DNA of 63,739 nt, filler included, from Octopus bimaculoides (GCF_001194135.2; 7 parts of 6 records of this genome joined end to end with filler, not necessarily neighbours in it); one strand, 5' to 3'; shown: positions 12,770 through 27,597, numbered from the whole stretch's first letter. The notes: generated from the sequence alone by a model not told the origin. Made by a program: numbers and translations.

Positions 12770-14427
12770 TTATTTGGTGTTAGATATTTCATTGCACTCC
12801 AGTTGCAATCTGGTCACTGATACAGTTCCACTTTAGCTCAGGGTCAGAGACGACAAAAATTCAGACACCAAATAATAAATGTTTAAATTAAGTCAACAGT
12901 TCTTTAATGGTTATTATGTGTAATCCACATTGCAGTTGTTTTAGTCTCAATATAGAGTCTCAGATCAAATCAATTTATTAGGCAAGTACATCTCTGAAAT
13001 TAATATAATACACTAAATGTAAATAAAAAACAAAGAAAAAATATATAATGGTGCCATTAAGCTTGATAATGATTTTGTATATCTTAAGGATCTTCAACAC
13101 AAAATGGTCAAAAAGATTACAAAACCATTGGAATGCATACTTGAGTTAATGCAATTGTTATAACAATGTGCCTATCAACAAAATGGCATTTGATAATGAA
13201 CTGTCACAGAAAATGGAAAACAAAGTAGTAATTCTCAACACTTTTTCATTAGTGTATGATTACACACACACACACACACAAATACTATATATATGTATGA
13301 ATGTATGTATGTATGTATGTATGTATACATTCACATGTACACACACACATATATATAAGCACATAGATGTATATGCACATACAAACACACATACACATTA
13401 CACACCAACATAATCTGAATCACCTTTGCTGCCACCACCACCACTCTTACATATCAACAATGGTTGTCAAGCAGTGGTGGAAAGAGGAGCAAACACAGAC
13501 ACACAGACACACAGACACACACATTCATGACTATGCCCACTAGGGTTGATCTAATCAACAATATGCTTAGCAGCATTTCATCTGTCTTTATGTTCTGAGT
13601 TCAAATGTTGTCTAAGTCAACTTTACCTTTCATCCTCTTGGGAGTTGATGAAATAAGTACCAGTTGAGCACTGGGTCGATGTAATCGACTTCCCCACACC
13701 CCAAAATTTGCTGATCTTGTGCCAAAATAAGGATTATTATTATCATTGATTTGACCCAGGGTTGGCCTTATTCCTGGGGTAGCGGGTTACAACCTGTACC
13801 TTTAAGTCTCCACTAGATTTCAATAATCTTTCAAGTGCTTAGAACCCTCCTGAATTTTTTTTTTCCTGTCCCTAAGAGGCAAATTTTCTGTAGAAGCTCT
13901 ACAGGACATTCCATTCCATTCCAATCTTAGGTTAAAATTATAATGGAGGGTTAAACTTTAATAGGTTAAATTTGAACACTCTAAAAATTAGAGATTTGTA
14001 TTATAAAACCAGAAGTGGCTTTAAGTGGTTTGCTATCAAATGTGTTAAATCACATAAAAAAAATATTAAAAGTGTAAAAAAATAAATAAATAAATAAACC
14101 TCGTTGCATTTGATCTTAACTGTGATATTTTGCTGCAGAGGGAGAAAAGAAAAAGGACCAGATGAAACACATCCCATACCCAGAGGGAAATCAAGACAAA
14201 TTCAAAATTCTATAAATGCCTGAGAAATTCATCTGAGAAATCAAAAATTGGTAAACGAACATGAAAAATTTAATAATTAGCATTTAAACGAAAAAATGCC
14301 TTTGTTTCTTTTTGTTTTTTTTACATTTTTCTATGCATTTGCAAGTATAAGATGTTCAATGTTTCAACAACTATTTTCAGAGCTGTTTTTGCCGAAGATG
14401 GTATTTGACCATGTGTGTGTATGTATA

Positions 14428-14469
<42 letters not shown>

Positions 14470-14478
14470 CACACACAC

Positions 14479-14686
14479 ATGAGGGCATACTGAAAAGTGC
14501 CTGGCTTTGAGTAAAAGAAAATACAGGAGGAGCAGTTAATTATGATTTTATTCAGCATATTCCCCTCTCAGATTCACATACTTATTGCAGTGGTCCTTCA
14601 GTTTTTCTAAGCCCTGTAAAAGAACTTGGAAGGCTGGGCCTTTCACAATACCCTTAAAGCCCGGAACTTTTCAGCACCCCCTTGCA
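14479..14686. mobile_element. Mariner-derived MITE (family M)
   Basis: TIR pair gagggcatactgaaaagtgcctggcttt / aaagcccggaacttttcagcaccccctt; internal sequence shared with 42264-42357. Confidence 0.75.
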
Positions 14687-14833
14687 TTCAGAATTCAAAT
14701 TCCACTGGGGATGACTTTGCCTTTCATCCTCTTCAGGGATTGACAAAATAAGTACCAGTTATACATTGGGGATCAATGTATTCGACTCAGCCCCTCCCCC
14801 AAAACTGCTGGCTGTGAGCCAAAATTTGAAACC

Positions 14834-14868
<35 letters not shown>

Positions 14869-14874
14869 TAAGAT

Positions 14875-15100
14875 GTTGAGCTGGCAGAATCGTTAGCATA
14901 TTGGGCAAAATGCTTAGCAGCATTTTGCCTGTCATTATGTTCTGAGTTCAAATTCCACCGAGGCTGACTTTGTCTTTCATCCTTTTGGAGTCAATGAAAT
15001 AAGTACCAGTTATGCACTGGGGTCGATTTAATCAACTTACTCCTTCTCCCGAAATTGCTGGTCTTGTGCCAGAAATTTAAAACTATTATTATTATTATTA
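14875..15100 (+). mobile_element. tRNA-head SINE, family B
   Basis: gagctggcagaatcgttagc (A box), gagttcaaattcc (B box), (ATT)n tail. Other copies at about 9300-9545, 13555-13740, 14690-14860, 15120-15310, 17690-17880, 22070-22230, 23640-23830, 28070-28275, 31905-32110, 41030-41245, 43315-43455, 50005-50165 and 55100-55250. Confidence 0.85.
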
Positions 15101-15323
15101 GTCAATGCGTTAACTAATATTGGTTTCAAATTTTGGCACAAGGCCAGTGACTTCAGGGGAGGGGGTAAGTCATTTACAATGACCCACCCCCACACTCAGG
15201 AATCAACTGGTACTTATTTTATTGACCCCAAAAGGATGAAAGGTTAAAGTCAACCTCAGCAGAATTTGAACTCAGAACATAAAGATCGATGAAATACTGC
15301 CAAACATTTTACCTAGCATCTCT

Positions 15324-15715
15324 TTACTCTCTCCTTAACTCTTTTACTTGTTTCAGTCATTTGACTGTGGCCATGCTGGAGCACCGCCTTTAGTCAAGCA
15401 AATCGACCCCAGGACTTATTCTTTGTAAGCCTGCCGGACTGCTAAGTTACGGGGACATAAACACACCAGCATCGGTTGTCAAGCGATGGTGGGGGGGTGG
15501 ACAAGCACAGACACACAAACACACACACATATATATATATATATATACACATATATACGACGGGCTTCTTTCAGTTTCCATCTACCAAATCCACTCACAA
15601 GGCTTTGGTCGGCCCGAGGCTATAGTAGAAGATACTTGCCCAAGGTGCCACGCAGTGGGACTGAACCCGGAACCATGTGGTTGGTAAGCAAGCTACTTAC
15701 CACACAGCCACTCCT
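15324..15715 (-). mobile_element. tRNA-head SINE, family A
   Basis: Near-identical organisation to 8326-8760. Confidence 0.85.
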
Positions 15716-17273
15716 AACAATTTTGCCAGCTCACTGCCTTAATGAATTAACTAATATTAACCAATTAACTAATTGATTATTTGACAATCAAATTTGTGGC
15801 AGTGAAAAACCTAGAACAATCTTGGTCACATCATTGATGAAATTGGAAATGGTGACGGAAAGGTTCTCACAAACCAAGCAAATTGATTTATCAAATGATT
15901 GGTCAAGCGATCAATTAGTTAACTGATTAATTAGCTAAATAGTTGATTAATAATAATAATAGTAATTAATAAAACAAGCTAAATGTAACAAACGGGTATG
16001 ATTTTATTGGGAAAATGAACTTTTCAAAATAAAACGGTTATGTGTGTATGTTTGGATGTGAATATGAGTGTATGTGTGTGTGTGTGTGTGTGTGTTAATG
16101 GTTATCTGAGTGTGTGTGAGTGTGTATGTATGTGAGTGTGTGTGAGTGTGTATGTATGTGAGTGTGTGTGTCTATGTGAGTGTGTATATGTGTTCGTCTG
16201 TATGTGGCTGTGTGTACATGTGTAACTGTGTGTATGTGAGCATGGATGTATGAATGTGTGTGTGTGTTAATGGTTATCTGAGTGTGTGTGAGTGTGTATG
16301 TATGTGAGTGTGTATATGTGTTCATCTGTATGTGGCTGTGTGTGTATGTGTAATTGTGTGTTTAAGTATGGGTGTATGAATGTGTGTGTGTGTGTGTGTG
16401 TGTGCTCATGTGGGTGTCATGGAAGAATTGCTTTTACACCTGGATTCTGCTCCTTTTAACTACCAACTCTCAGTCGTGGGACAGAGCATTGCACCTGTTA
16501 TTTTTCTCTTGCAGACAATAGAGTTAATGGTTTTGTCTCAATGGCACCACAGACTAGATAGAGTACCTTCTATTATATTAGTTCATCTGTCATTGTTGTC
16601 GATTACCAAAAACATTACACGAGAGAAGAAGATGGGACACAAACTGTTCGGCTGTAACCAGTCAATCCAATGCATGCTCAGAAGGCTCTGCAACAGGTTG
16701 GTCACTGCTGGTCTGCTGGGACTGAAAGCAAGGAGTTGGCTCTGGACATGTGTAGTTTGCATTTTCTTGGTGCCCCTATTCTGTTCATAGGATGTGGCAC
16801 ATTTGTTGGTGCAGCTTTGCCAGACAAGATGGTCCTGTATTCCCCACTAATCAACAGGGGGTACTGGAACAACATGAAATGAAGTATTTTGCTCAAGAAC
16901 ACAACATGCTGCCTGGTCTGGGAATTGAACTTATGATCTAGTGATCGTGAGTTCAACAACCTAACCACTACGCCTCCAAACACACATGCCCACATCTGTA
17001 TTCATGTGTGTGTGTGTGTGTATGTATGCATGTGTGTGCCTGATTTCGCTAATTCATATCAGCATTGATATAAACATTGGCAAGAAATCTGAAAGAGAGA
17101 AATATATATTTGTTTTGCATTGTGTTGCAGACATTCCCTTGTCAATCATGCCATCACAAATCCATTGAAGCAATGATTGGTTCATTGTATTCACGTATGC
17201 AATGATACTATGTTTCGTCAACAACAACATCAATAACAATTAATATTATGAAAACATTCCAGTAGGCGACTTA

Positions 17274-17477
<204 letters not shown>

Positions 17478-20264
17478 TCAAAAAAAATCTAGCTTTGAAA
17501 ATCAATGAGTTAAATTAACAAAAGGAAAAGTATTTTGGTGGGTGTATACAAGGGGGTGCTGAAAAGTTCTTGAATTAAAGTACCAGTCAAGTATTGAGGG
17601 TTAATATAATCCACTACCCTATTCCCGTAAATTTCAAGCATTGTGCCTATGCTAGAAATAATAATAATAATAACAATAATAATAATAATAATAGTTTTTG
17701 CCACAAGGGCAGCTTGGGGGAGGTGGGGGATTACATCGACACCAGTGTTCAACTGGTACTTATTTTATTGACCCCGAAAGGATGAAAGGCAAAGTCAATC
17801 TTGGCAGAATTTGAACTCAGAATGTAGCATCGGGCAAAATACTGCTAAGCATTTCGTCCAGCTTGCTGCCTTAATAATAATAATAATGATAATAATTTCA
17901 AAAAGGTCAAGTTGAAACAGTTTTGTGGTTGTCTGTCAATCTCCTCTATCTTCCAGATTATTCAGTGCCAAATGTCAAGATGTCTGTTCTTCAAATAAGA
18001 AACAATAAATCATGTCTCAGAATTAAAAAAAAACTGTTGTTAGAGTAGTTAGATCAATAGATATTATAGAATTATAAAACATAAAGATATATATATATAT
18101 AAAAGACGTTTGAGAGTTTAGTGTACTATTCCTAGACAAATCTAACAATTACTTTACTTTGATACAAAGGTACATACACACATACATAGAGACAGACAGA
18201 CATACACACACACACATATATCATCATCATTATTATTTAATGTCCATTCTCTATGCTAGCATGAGTTGGATGGTTTGACCAGAGCTGCTAAGCTAGGGAG
18301 CTGCACCGGACTCCAGTCTGATTTGGCAGGGTTTCTAGGGCTGGATGCCCTTCCTAATGCCAACCATTTTACAGAGTGTGCTGGGTGCTTTTATGTGGCA
18401 CCACACAAACGCTTTTACATTGCGTCACACAGGTACTTTTATGTAGCACCATGTGAGCGCTTTTTACATGGCACCAGCACAGAACTCTTGGAGGTCCAAT
18501 CCTCACCATCAGAGGAACCAGGTTTAACACTTCTGCTGCAGAGCAGGGGTCTTCTTGTGTACAGCAAAGTGCCAGACATCTTGGTCCTTTGTCCTCTCAC
18601 CTGAAAGGTTTAGCATCCTGAGGTCATTCTTCAGCACACACACACACACACACGCACACACACACATACATACACACACAATGGACTTCTTTTGGTTTTC
18701 ATTTACCAAATTCACCTACAAGGTTTTGGTTAGTCTGGAGCTATTGTGGAACTGAACCCAAGACCACATGATAGGTAAGTAAATTTCTTACCTACACTCT
18801 CTCTTTGCCCTTTTAAAGCCTAGCCAGGCTCATGGGCTCGGTTTCCCGGTTTCTATGGCNNNNNNNNNNNNNNNNNNNNNNNNNNNNNNNNNNNNNNNNN
18901 NNNNNNNNNNNNNNNNNNNNNNNNNNNNNNNNNNNNNNNNNNNNNNNNNNNNNNNNNNNNNNNNNNNNNNNNNNNNNNNNNNNNNNNNNNNNNNNNNNNN
19001 NNNNNNNNNNNNNNNNNNNNNNNNNNNNNNNNNNNNNNNNNNNNNNNNNNNNNNNNNNNNNNNNNNNNNNNNNNNNNNNNNNNNNNNNNNNNNNNNNNNN
19101 NNNNNNNNNNNNNNNNNNNNNNNNNNNNNNNNNNNNNNNNNNNNNNNNNNNNNNNNNNNNNNNNNNNNNNNNNNNNNNNNNNNNNNNNNNNNNNNNNNNN
19201 NNNNNNNNNNNNNNNNNNNNNNNNNNNNNNNNNNNNNNNNNNNNNNNNNNNNNNNNNNNNNNNNNNNNNNNNNNNNNNNNNNNNNNNNNNNNNNNNNNNN
19301 NNNNNNNNNNNNNNNNNNNNNNNNNNNNNNNNNNNNNNNNNNNNNNNNNNNNNNNNNNNNNNNNNNNNNNNNNNNNNNNNNNNNNNNNNNNNNNNNNNNN
19401 NNNNNNNNNNNNNNNNNNNNNNNNNNNNNNNNNNNNNNNNNNNNNNNNNNNNNNNNNNNNNNNNNNNNNNNNNNNNNNNNNNNNNNNNNNAAATCAAAAA
19501 AACAAACAAAAATGAAAACAAAATCTGAAAAATAACGGGAAAAACCAGTTTGTAAAATTTTTGACATCATTTCAAAGAACAGTTCTTCTATGTGTGGAAT
19601 TTCCATTTTCTTGGTTTGTTCAATTTTTATTTTTATATTTTTATATTTAATTAACAAATAAGCTAAGATTGTGTAACAAGACTCTTTCAATAATGGTGAC
19701 ATCATTTTGGTGTTAATTCTTCAGAATAGTAGTAAATGGAGTTAGTTAGGAAGTTAAAAAGCCTTCTGAATTTACCCTCCATTTGTAAAATAACTAATAA
19801 TACAAAAAAAAGAGACATTTTTTTTTTTCTTCTATTAATATTTCCGATAAACATTGAAAATACATTTTGCTTTCAGTTAAATAAATTGAGAATTCCAATT
19901 TTTATCAAATATATCAAATTTTTACTTTTCTGCTCTTTTACTAGTTTCAGGCATTATTAACCCTTTAGCATTCACATTATTTTGTCAAAGCAGTGCTTAT
20001 TTATTCACAAAGCATGATCTTCGAATGTTGGGCCTCATGGAGGCAATGACAAGTAACTGAGACCTTTGGTGATATACTGTGTTTGAGAAAACCTGTCAAG
20101 CCAAGTGAGATTGTAGTCAGGGCCAATGCCAAAGCCAGTTGACTGGCACCTGTGCCAGTGGAATGTGAAAAGCACTGTTTGAGCATGTGGCTGATGCTGG
20201 TGTCACGTCAGTGACACCCATGTCAGTGGCATGTAAAAAGCACACACTACACTCTTGTCTACAC

Positions 20265-20470
20265 ATGATGACAACAATGATGATGACGACGATGATGATG
20301 ACAACAATGATGATGATGACGACGGTGATGATGACAATGATGATGATGATGATAGCGACAACAATGATGATTACGATGATGATGACAATGATGATGATGA
20401 CAATGACAATGATAGCGACAACAATGATGATGACAACGATGATGATGATGACAACGATGATGATGATAAG
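20265..20470. repeat. Compound (GAT/GAC/AAT)n microsatellite
   Basis: Seen directly; source of poly-Asp, poly-Met and poly-His ORFs. Confidence 0.95.
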
Positions 20471-21789
20471 CTACTGTACAATGGGACCTTTTTTTAAGAT
20501 GGCAGAGTGTCATTCGAAATAGATTTAGGTGCTATTTTTAGCAAGTTGTGCAGCCATATGGAACACTTCCTAATTGGCCAGGAAGAATAACAACAGTAGG
20601 AGTAATTGTTGTTGTTTAGCTTAAACCTTTAGCATTTAAACTGGCCATATCCAGCCAAAATATTCTACTTGTTTTTACTCTCACACCTACCCTACTATGC
20701 CATTCTAAAAGCAAGTTGCTTCCATGTGGCCCAACACTCGAAAGGAACTCAGCCACTTTGCCTCCATGGGGCCCAACATATATATATTTACATACATATA
20801 TATATATATATCATCATCATCATCATCATTGTTTTAACATCCACTCTTCCATGTCTGCATGGGTCAAACAGAGTTTATCAAGACAGATTTATCTATGACT
20901 GGATGCCCTTTCTGTCACTAGCACTTACCTGTTTCCAAGCTAGTAAATTCTGTAAAGTGGTTGGCATTAGGAAGAGCATCCAGCTGTAGGAACCAGGCCA
21001 AAACGGACTATGGAACCTGGTGCAACACCCGGTCTTGCCAGCTGCCAGCTCTGGTCAAGCCATCCAACCCATGCCAGCATGGACAATGGATCACATATGA
21101 ACAAAAGTAATTAAACTGTAGGCAGTAAACCCTGCAAGTATTCTTTTGTTATATTCTTTGGACATCAGACATGAATATGAATAACATTTAACATATGTGT
21201 GAATCACTGTCATTGTATATGATTTATGTTCATCAGAGATTTAATAAACAATGGTAGGAGAAACTTCCAACAATTAAATAAAGTTGTTCATGTTTCAACC
21301 TCAATAAAACATAAAAAAACAATTTATACAAAACCTCCCCACATATTTAATTATTTTTAGAACCAGTCTTTCAAAGAATTTTCAATAAAATAATCAAATA
21401 ATCTTATTATACAAGTCTCTATCAAATATATGGAATGTATGTTATGTTGATGCATTTATTAAATTTTGATGGCATATGCATACCACTTCATACACATTGT
21501 TGCTTTTTATTTCTCTATCCTTTACTAGTTTTGGCTTGAGAGCAGTGGCCATGCTGGGGCACCACCGTTGACTTTGCTCCCCCAACATCGCTTGACAACC
21601 GATGCTGGTGTGTTTACGTCCCCATAACTTAGCGGTTCAGCAAAAGGGACCGATAGAATAAGTACTACTAGGCTTACAAAGAATAAGTCCTGGGGTTGAT
21701 TTGCTCGACTAAAGGTGGTGCTCCAGCATGGCCGCAGTCAAATGACTGAAACAGGTAAAAGAGTAAAATATTATTTATTAGGAATTGTA

Positions 21790-22600
21790 TAAAAAAAAAT
21801 TGTCAGTGGAAGTCATATGGATTGCAAAGCAGAAGAGTTTGGGGGAAGAAACCAGTCAAGAAAATTTCACACCAACTTCTGGATGATCTACCAGGTGGGA
21901 AAAGCCAGCGAATGTTGTGTACCAGAGTGTTTGTGGCAAGAAAACAAAGGCTGATTATGGTTTTATCAACTGGAATGCAGATTAAGTCAGAATGGCCAAA
22001 AATTATTGCTGAATATTTTGCTGAGAATATTTACGACGCTGATAAGGAATTTATTTTTGTACACATGCTTAGCTGTATTTTGTCTGTCTCTACATTCTGA
22101 GTTCAAGTTTTACCGAGGCTGATTTTACATTCCATCCTTTTAAGTACCAGTTATGCACTGGGGGTGGTATTATCAACTAACCTACTCTCACCACAGCGAT
22201 ATTTCAGGCATTGTGCCTATATTAGAAAGGATTATCAAAGAGAAATCTGTACAATAATTGTCACTGAACTCAGTGAAATTGCAATATGGAATTCCTTTTG
22301 TGATGTATTGCATATGTTAGCAATGTCACAGAAGTCTCAGAGAAGCCTATTCAAAATGCAAGCAGAGAAAGGTCTGTTAAGAAGGAATTAGTGCTTATTA
22401 TAAATAAAATACTCGATAGAATAGCAGACAATGGGCAAAAAGAAGAGTTTAAACACTGGTTAGCTATTGATGACAATGCTGAAGTAGACGCTATGAGAAC
22501 TGTGAGAACTGTGTCAGAAATACATAGAAACATAAATCTCAGAAGCTCCTTCAACTGGTGCCAATAATGCAAAATGCTCTATATTTGCAGTGTGCAAAAT
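21790..22600 (+). mobile_element. Highly degenerate pogo/Tigger-like transposase relic
   Basis: WPKIIAEYFAENIYDAD resembles the DDE_1 'IYNADE' motif; EFKHWLAIDDNAEV resembles Tigger C-termini. Interrupted by a SINE at about 22070-22230. Confidence 0.4.
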
Positions 22601-22848
22601 TGATCAATATGAACATGTGGGATTTACTAATGAACTATAACACTAAATGCAAATGGTATGCAATCAACATTGGAAAAGTGTTTTAAATGAATAATTTTCA
22701 ATAAGTTCTAATAAATCAAATAAATAGTAATTTCAAGTCAATTACTTATTTTTTTCATACTTGCTTTTTTTTTTTTGTAATGTAAATTTGTTTATAACAA
22801 TGGTTTTTAAACTAGTTGTAACTGTGGAAAATCCATGAGATATAATGA

Positions 22849-22929
<81 letters not shown>

Positions 22930-25537
22930 ATACATATATAGATATATGTACACGCACACACACACATTTGAATAAATGCATGCACCATTATATTAATGTA
23001 TTGTGGTTCACGTATTTTAAATTCAAATATCAGTTAATTTGGAATATTCTTGTTTAGACATGTATTTTTTTTTACTCTATCCTCTTCATGTAGCCTTTTG
23101 TATCCTTTTCTCTCTTTTTGAAAAAAAAAAAACAAAACAAAAAAACAAAAGCAGTTTTTTTTAATTTTAACAGTTTAAACATCACAGATTCAGAATCTAC
23201 AAAAAATGAAATAAAAAATCTGCCTAGAAAATGATTAAGGTTAAGGGATTTTCCAGCTGCTTAATATCAATTTTCTAATATTCATGCATTATTATTAGAA
23301 GAAAAAAAGAGAAAAAAAAAAATCGTAAATAAATATATTTTATTTGCATTTGAAGTATATAAATATATTCTGTTTGCATTTGTAATTACATTACCATTCT
23401 TAATAAAACCAGGATTTGAAGCTTTCAGAAAGTGAAACAGTACAACGCTGTATAATGCATTGTGTGTTCCTTAATTAATGAACTATACTTTCCTTACTCT
23501 GAAAACTAAAACATCCATTACACGATTCTTTTTTTCTTTTATTTGTCTCGGTCATGTGACTGCGGCCATGCTGGAGCACCGCCTTTAGTCGAGCAAATCA
23601 ACCCCAGGACTTTTGAGGGTTGATAAAAGAAGTACCAGTGAGCTGGCAGAAATGTTAGCACACCGGGCGAAATGCTTATGTTCTGAGTTCAAATTCTGCT
23701 GAGGTCGACTTTACCTTTTATCCTTTCGGGGTTGATAAATTAAGTACCAGTTGTGTACTGGGGTCGATCTAATCGACTGTACCCCTCCCCAAAAATGTTG
23801 GGCCTTGTGCCTAGAGTAGAAAAGAATTTAAACAACCTGATTCTTCCCCTTAAATCACTAGCCCTGTGCCAAAATTTGAAACCAATATAGAAATACATTT
23901 ACTAAGCATTAGATTCAGATTCCATTTTTTTTAACCTTTTACTTTCTCTCTTCTAAAATATGAGTAGCCATGTAGTTCCTTTATAGCAGGAAACCCATTA
24001 TGCTATGGCCCTTTTCTCCTAGCATAAATTTGTGCACTTCTCCCCCACCAAGGCCTGTAGTCTTGCAAGCTGCAAGGTGACCTCAGAAGTGTTGGTGGCA
24101 CGAAAAACACATCTAGCAGATACTGTAAAGTGGTTGACATTAGGAAGGGGGCATCCAGCCATAGAAACCATGCCAAAGTAAACACTGGAGCACAATGCAG
24201 TTCTTGGGCCCACCAGATCTTCATCAAACTATCCTACTCAAGCCAGCTTAGAACACAGATATTAAATGATGATGATGATTATTATTATGATGATGATGAT
24301 GATGATGTATTGTTTATATTACTGAACAAAAAAAAAAATCAACAATAAATTCTACAGTTTGTGTACTTCTGATGTTCAAACTATACAAAATGCAAGGATA
24401 CACATCATAGAAACACAGAAAGGACTAAATGGAGCAGGAGGATACTCATGGACAGAAAGGGTTGCTGAAGAGGTCACAGATGTGTGATGAAAGAATTCCA
24501 GACAATGGACATCAGTTAAAATAAGAACAGTAATAAACAAGTGAAGAACGAATATAAGGGGGGAGGGGTGTTTATTTGGTTAAAAAAAAAAATTTTTTTA
24601 ATGACCATCCAAGAATATAACAATATCTGTTTCAACACACGCTTTCACATCAGAAATCTTGCAACACAAATTCATAGATGTAAAGACCATATTGTTTTTT
24701 TTTTTAGAAACAAAAAAGAAAAAAATGATGGCGTAGGTGGGAGAAGGAAAGAACACTTATACGAATGCCGCTAATTTTTAAACGATTTTAGAATTTGATA
24801 GCACAAGATATAATAAAATACAAAAATAGCTTTATTAAGTTGCTTTCAAAAAAAATTATTTTAGGCCAACAAAATAGAACAAAAAAAAAAAAGCGTGATT
24901 AAGATTGCTTAAAATGTAACAAATACTTTCTGTAAATGAAATTCTATATATATATATATACGTATGTATGCATACATNNNNNNNNNNNNNNNNNNNNNNN
25001 NNNNNNNNNNNNNNNNNNNNNNNNNNNNNNNNNNNNNNNNNNNNNNNNNNNNNNNNNNNNNNNNNNNNNNNNNNNNNNNNNNNNNNNNNNNNNNNNNNNN
25101 NNNNNNNNNNNNNNNNNNNNNNNNNNNNNNNNNNNNNNNNNNNNNNNNNNNNNNNNNNNNNNNNNNNNNNNNNNNNNNNNNNNNNNNNNNNNNNNNNNNN
25201 NNNNNNNNNNNNNNNNNNNNNNNNNNNNNNNNNNNNNNNNNNNNNNNNNNNNNNNNNNNNNNNNNNNNNNNNNNNNNNNNNNNNNNNNNNNNNNNNNNNN
25301 NNNNNNNNNNNNNNNNNNNNNNNNNNNNNNNNNNNTATATATATATATAGATGCACGGCAGGCGTGGCTATGTGGTAAGAAGCTTGCTTCCAAAACACAT
25401 GGTTCCAGGTTCAGTCCCACTGCATGCCACTTTGGGCAAGTGTCATACTATAACCTCAGACTGACCAAACCTTGTGAGAGGATTTGGTAGACAGAAACTG
25501 AAAGAAGCTTATCAAATAAATAATATATATATATATA

Positions 25538-26183
25538 CACTAGCTGGTGTACCCAGTAATTCCTGAGGGTAAAGATGTTCTATTGAAACACCTTATTTCT
25601 CTGATATAAGAAAGCAATTATGTTAGAACTGCCACAAAAGGTGTCTTTTCCGTTGCAAAAAAGTACAAAAAACTGTCAGCTGGAGGAGGGAGAGATTGTT
25701 GGAGATTGGTGAGAAGGTACTGTGAATCGTCGGGGCATCTTAAAGGTGAACTTTATGAAGGCTAATTTATTAAAGGTAATGTATAAATGTAGTATATGTA
25801 TATAAATATATGAATGAAGTGTTTAATGTTTAAGAATGAAATGAAGAAAGTGCAATAATAATGTTGACACTCACTGATGGTCGCTCTCAGTAACTGCCTT
25901 TAGCTTATGAAGTTCTTGTTTTTATAACGATGGAAAACCAGCCAGAAGGATAGACATATTGTTGAGAACAAATGATTTCGTTGGAGGTCTGTTATTTCCA
26001 TTCCAGCCCCTGGTGGCCTAGCAAAGGTTAGAAGGGTCAAGTGGCAAAGACATTATTCTGCTTAGTGAAGGCATCTGGGAAATGCATAACTGCTGTCATT
26101 CACAGAAAAACTATTGTTTTACCGGGAGAAAAGCGCTGTTGATGTGTTAAGTGAAATTTGGCAATCGGGGAGTGAATCCACGC
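25538..26183. mobile_element. Possible non-autonomous Helitron/Helentron-like element
   Basis: Starts actagc..gtgtacccag at a TA-repeat edge, as many rolling-circle derivatives do; the other end is lost in a gap. HINE-like motifs (atcgattttgatgaaactt; aaagtttcatctaaatcc) also occur at about 38545-38720 and 1930-2170. Confidence 0.3.
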
Positions 26184-26227
26184 NNNNNNNNNNNNNNNNN
26201 NNNNNNNNNNNNNNNNNNNNNNNNNNN

Positions 26228-26239
26228 TTAATTAATTAA
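26228..26239. other. Assembly gap linker TTAATTAATTAA (artefact)
   Basis: The same 12-mer sits between N runs at 26228, 54456, 55835, 59170, 61000 and 62510; it gives stops in all six frames and is a known type of scaffold padding. Confidence 0.9.
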
Positions 26240-27542
26240 NNNNNNNNNNNNNNNNNNNNNNNNNNNNNNNNNNNNNNNNNNNNGAGCGAGGCTATTGCCA
26301 GTACCGCCTGACTGCCCTACATGCAGGTGACACGTAAAAGCACCCACTACACTCTCAGAGTGGTTGGCGTTAGGAAGGGCATCCAGCTGTAGAAACTCTG
26401 CCAGATTAGATTGGAGTCTGGTGTAGCCATTTGGTTCACCAGTCCTCAGTTAAATCGTCCAACCCATGCTAGCATGGAAAGCGGATGTTAAACGATGATG
26501 GTATATATATATATATATACATTTACACTCACACACACCTGTTAACTTCTATCTTTTACTTGTTTCAATCATTAGACTGTGGCCATGCTGGGACACTGTC
26601 TTGAAGAGTTTTTTTTAGTTGAATGAGTTGACCCTAGTACATATTTTTCATGTAAATCCTATTTATTCTATCGGTCTATTTTGGTGAACCGCCAAGTTAC
26701 AGGCATGTAAACACACCAACAACTGTTGTCAAGCAGTGGTGGGGGACAATCACACACACACACGTGCTCTTCTTTCAGTTTCTTATTTCTTTACTGCCCA
26801 CAAAGGGCTACACACAGAGGGGACAAACGGATTAAGTCAATTACATTGAACTCCAGTGCGTAACTGGTACTTAATTTATCGACCCTGAAATGATGAAAGG
26901 TAAAGTTGACATCGGTGGAATTTGAACCCGGCTTCCTAACGTTTCTGCCACAGTTCTGTCAACCAAATTTACTCACAAAGCTTTAATTAGTATGAGGCCA
27001 AAACAGTGGAAGTTATTAAAAATGAATAATACAGGTTGATGGTTAGTATTTTTTCCTGTTATTTCAATATTTCAGGGTTAGAACAGCTTCTTCTGGAAAT
27101 GTTTGGAGACAAAAAATTTTTAGCTGACATCTCTGTTCTGTTGTGTGTGAAGGCTTGTTTTGAAATGCTATAATAACCAAACAATTGCATCCAGTTGAAA
27201 TCTTTTGCTGTACTTGTTAATGAAAATATGTTCTTTTATCCTCAGGTTCCCAATGTTTCTTTCTGTGGCTTCAGTGGCTATTTCGATATTTTGAGTGTGG
27301 CATTTCTGTTTTTGACAGATCAAGTATTATGTCTGCAGTCATACAGGGTGTATAAAATCATCTTTATCAAATGCAATGAATTCTATATTGGAAGTATTGA
27401 AATACCAAGTACTAACCATTGACATGTATTTTTAATACACTGTATTATTTTGGTTTAAATAAAAAACAAAAACAAAAACAAAAAACAAATAAAAGACACA
27501 TTTAACAGACAATGCTTCATGAAAACTATATGACTTTTCACT

Positions 27543-27597
<55 letters not shown>

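Noticed and set aside
14296-14320. MPLF start resembling invertebrate CaMKI N-termini
   Set aside because: Wrong strand, lies downstream of the 17409 exon, and the continuation is low complexity.
20187-20522. Poly-Asp, poly-Met and poly-His ORFs (acidic biomineral-like protein?)
   Set aside because: (GAT)n-type repeat following a family-D SINE head; open in several frames, as expected for trinucleotide repeats.
23415-23455. Additional hammerhead-like motif (stem-GAAA-CAG/CUG-UA)
   Set aside because: The core lacks G8/A9 and stem I does not pair; not distinguishable from chance.
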